Positions 60,701 to 64,000 of a DNA stretch of 64,000 bases are shown here, piece by piece. The position numbers and the translations under genes are program-made. Positions within the stretch are counted from its first letter, which is position 1. Each line of letters starts with the position of its first letter. Below the pieces are notes generated by a model, which saw nothing but the letters and a program-made list of their open reading frames with translations, was not told the DNA's origin and did not search any database. Origin of the DNA: Antedon mediterranea (lineage: Eukaryota > Animalia > Echinodermata); contig NC_092671.1 of assembly GCF_964355755.1 (NCBI RefSeq), positions 434,001-498,000 on the forward strand. The letters run 5' to 3'.

Positions 60701-63679
60701 TGTATAGTGTTGGTGTGTACATTTACTTGTATGCTACAATGTATACTGTATAGTGTTGGTGTGTACATTTACTTGTATGCTACAATGTATACGTATAGTG
60801 TTTATGTGTACATTTACTTGTATGCTACAATGTATACTGTATAGTGTTGGTGTGCACATTTACTTGTATGCTACAATGTATACTGTATAGTGTTGGTGTG
60901 CACATTTACTTGTATGCTACAATGTATACTGTATAGTGTTGGTGTGCACATTTACTTGTATGCTACAATGTATACTGTATAGTGTTGGTGTGTACATTTA
61001 CTTGTATGCTACAATGTATACTGTATAGTGTTGGTGTGTACATTTACTTGTATGCTACAATGTATACTGTATAGTGTTGGTGTGCACATTTACTTGTATG
61101 CTACAATGTATACTGTATAGTGTTGGTGTGTACATTTACTTGTATGCTACAATGTATACTGTATAGTGTTGGTGTGTACATTTACTTGTATGCTACAATG
61201 TATACTGTATAGTGTTGGTGTGCACATTTACTTGTATGCTACAATGTATACTGTATAGTGTTGGTGTGCACATTTACTTGTATGCTACAATGTATACTGT
61301 ATAGTGTTGGTGTGTACATTTACTTGTATGCTACAATGTATACAGTATAGGGTTGGTGTGTACATTTACTTGTATGCTACAATGTATACTGTATAGTGTT
61401 GGTGTGTACATTTACTTGTATGCTACAATGTATACTGTATAGTGTTGGTGTGTACATTTACTTGTATGCTACAATGTATACTAATAGTGTTGGTGTGTAC
61501 ATTTACTTGTATGCTACAATGTATACTGTATAGTGTTGGTGTGTACATTTACTTGTATGCTACAATGTATACTGTATAGTGTTGGTGTGTACATTTACTT
61601 GTATGCTACAATGTATACTGTATAGTGTTGGTGTGTACATTTACTTGTATGCTACAATGTATACTGTATAGTGTTGGTGTGTACATTTACTTGTATGCTA
61701 CAATGTATACTAATAGTGTTGGTGTGTACATTTACTTGTATGCTACAATGTATACTGTATAGTGTTGGTGTGTACATTTACTTGTATGCTACAATGTATA
61801 CTGTATAGTGTTGGTGTGTACATTTACTTGTATGCTACAATGTATACTGTATAGTGTTGGTGTGTACATTTACTTGTATGCTACAATGTATACTGTATAG
61901 TGTTGGTGTGTACATTTACTTGTATGCTACAATGTATACTGTATAGTGTTGGTGTGTACATTTACTTGTATGCTACAATGTATACTGTATAGTGTTGGTG
62001 TGTACATTTACTTGTATGCTACAATGTATACTGTATAGTATTGGTGTGTACATTTACTTGTATGCTACAATGTATACTGTATAGTGTTGGTGTGTACATT
62101 TACTTGTATGCTACAATGTATACTGTATAGTGTTGGTGTGTACATTTACTTGTATGCTACAATGTATACTGTATAGTGTTGGTGTGTACATTTACTTGTA
62201 TGCTACAATGTATACTGTATAGTGTTGGTGTGTACTGATACACATACATCATTTCAAAGTGTCCTAATGGGAACCAATACAGCTAACAGATAGGAAGGAA
62301 CAATGTACAATAGACCAGGCATCATGTTAAATAATAGTTTACCTTTATCCATGTTAGCAATTTATTAATTGCAGTTATTGCACTCTGTTTGGTTGTTAAG
62401 GCTCCAAATGTAGCATAAAGCTCAAATCTAGAAGTCACCTAAAATAATGATTAATAACAAATTTATTTTGACTTTTTATACTTAATTTTTTGTGATAAAG
62501 AGACAATAGCAACAAAGATTAAGTACTTTCAAATGTAAGTTGTTTTGTATTTGTAAAGTCATCATACTAACCCATCCTAACATTGCTTCTCTTTGTCCTA
62601 CATGGAACATAATCTTCAATGGCCTAGACTTGCTGTACATTCTTTGGTGCAAGTATTGATATAAACCAAACAATCTGAAAAAAAAAAAATGAGTTTTATA
62701 TTTGAGAAATTATTTGGAAGTCTATTGTCAAGCTTTCATTTTGAGACAGTAAACGAATAAGAAGCTGAAAAATGTATTCTGTCAATACAACATCATTTAA
62801 AGTGCTGGCTTCTTTGTCTATAATCCGAAACTGAAAGCATTCTTTATTTAACTGAACAAACAAAGAATTAACTTGCTTACCTTTCCTGCTCTGCTGGGCT
62901 TTTGTACGGGGCATCAAGCTGTGGACTAGTAAACTGTGATGTACTTCTAGATTTATAAATAAAATGTCGTAGGTCAGATATACCAACTTGTTGACAACTA
63001 TAGCTGCCTCTTCTTACTGACGACGTTATCGCATCTAAGCAATTATGTTTCTTCATTTTCTAAAAATAAAAATCAATTGTATTGTAATCAAATAAACATG
63101 AGGACTCGATTTATCAAGCTAAATTTTGAGTTGTTATGTTTCCTTTTAATCTATTACGTGCCTATAACATTTTTTTAAAATATTTTATACACATCCAACA
63201 GCGAGCACATACTCACCAATTACAGGATGGATAAACTATTTTATAGTTTATTGTGCTTGTAAACTAAGTCTTATTTGAGGCTTACGGAGTGGAATTGAAA
63301 GAGTTGTGAGTTACAACCCTGGCACTAGGTCAGGATTGCACCCTGGACCTTGGGATTGGAAGACAAGCACATTAACCACCAAGCTACAGCTTCACTCCAT
63401 ATTGTATATTCTATTACGTATCATTGGCAAAAGTAGTATATACAGTAGATAAAAAATGTAAGCTTACTTCTACAATTTTAGATTTGCAATCTGACAATTC
63501 AAAAAAGAGATCCCTATCAACAGTTAAAAGTAGTAAACAAGCTGGTGTGTCTTCTAAGTATGAAACATATGCATGTAGAAAGCCACTACTGTCAAACCTT
63601 GGTAAGCATATAGGTGTCCAAGATTCACCATTACGAAAAGATGATGATGCATTTACTAAATTAACTATCAAGTGTAAAT
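57750..63679 (-). CDS. MON1: Vacuolar fusion protein MON1 homolog, last five coding exons (5' part off the right edge)
   Basis: Exons 63468-63679, 62881-63059, 62572-62674, 62343-62438, 57750-57794 are phase-consistent. They encode DLHLIVNLVNASSSFRNGESWTPICLPRFDSSGFLHAYVSYL...LRHFIYKSRSTSQFTSP...GWVTSRFELYATF...NKLLTWIKKEEERLFILNALTF*. Confidence 0.93.
57830..57962. mobile_element. MITE family B-related copy next to the MON1 last-exon acceptor
   Basis: AGCTTGGTTACCATT ... AGTGGGAACCAAGC termini. Confidence 0.6.
58076..58193. repeat. Tandem repeat, 43-bp unit x~3
   Basis: ATAACTCCATTAAGGAAAGTAGAGAGAAGACATTATATAAGA repeated. Confidence 0.85.
60094..62235. repeat. Minisatellite, ~45-bp unit x~47 in the last MON1 intron
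   Basis: Unit AATGTATACTGTATAGTGTTGGTGTGTACATTTACTTGTATGCTAC-like. Confidence 0.97.
62343..62438 (-). CDS. MON1: MON1 exon
   Basis: VTSRFELYATFGALTTKQSAITAINKLLTWIK; 96 nt. Confidence 0.9.
62572..62674 (-). CDS. MON1: MON1 exon
   Basis: LFGLYQYLHQRMYSKSRPLKIMFHVGQREAMLGW; 103 nt. Confidence 0.9.
62881..63059 (-). CDS. MON1: MON1 exon
   Basis: KMKKHNCLDAI...LRHFIYKSRSTSQFTSPQLDAPY; 179 nt. Confidence 0.9.
63200..63399 (-). mobile_element. tRNA-derived SINE family 2 copy
   Basis: Head GCTGTAGCTTGGTGGTTAATGTGCTTGTCTTCCAATCCCAAGGTCCAGGGTGCAATCCTG (tRNA-like A/B boxes); body shared with 37185-37350. Confidence 0.7.
63468..63679 (-). CDS. MON1: MON1 exon (WTPICLPRF motif)
   Basis: ttgttacag|...|gtaagc; 212 nt. 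Confidence 0.93.
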
Positions 63680-64000
63680 CTGTAACAAATTATTATAGTT
63701 ATATTAAATAACATTCTTTGTACAACAATAATTGTACCATAATAGTGACAGTAAAGATGATACTGATGATAATAACACACACCTGATTGTATTCACCAGA
63801 ATTACACATCAAGTGTCAATCGTATGCATATTAGTTATTTTGGAAAAGTGATATCTAATGTGATAATTAATAAGTTCATGCACGTTCAACTTTTGTTAAA
63901 AACATTTTGAGGTTGTTGACTGATCTGCGTTTGAAAATCAACCTACAGTACAGTTTTTTAATGGCCTAGCTTCCTGGCCTTCGTCAATGTTTTAACAATT

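Noticed and set aside
33318-62235. CRISPR-like appearance of the regular repeats
   Set aside because: No unique spacers (units are contiguous and near-identical), no cas genes, eukaryotic intronic context.

Overview
AT-rich, intron-rich animal DNA, most likely an invertebrate deuterostome (inferred from gene sequences and a Deu/Nin-type SINE; the species cannot be determined here). Four protein-coding genes lie head-to-tail on the minus strand. (1) The 5' end of an LRP1-type receptor: signal peptide, three LDL-A exons and an EGF exon at 293-13110, continuing off the left edge. (2) A compact secreted LamG/ConA-like gene (15462-16828) whose intron is itself an in-frame mucin-like, Asp-tailed ORF. 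(3) A complete PPP1R12/MYPT1 myosin phosphatase targeting subunit, hand-assembled as 22 exons and about 900 aa (22430-54201). It also has candidate alternative exons, including a possible internal-promoter M20/M21-like isoform. (4) The 3' end of MON1 (57750-63679). About 15% of the window is unrelated minisatellite arrays, which explain nearly all long ORFs in the ORF track. There are also tRNA-derived SINEs and several non-autonomous DNA-transposon/MITE families. All exon models were read by eye from splice signals and phase consistency, with no transcript data.
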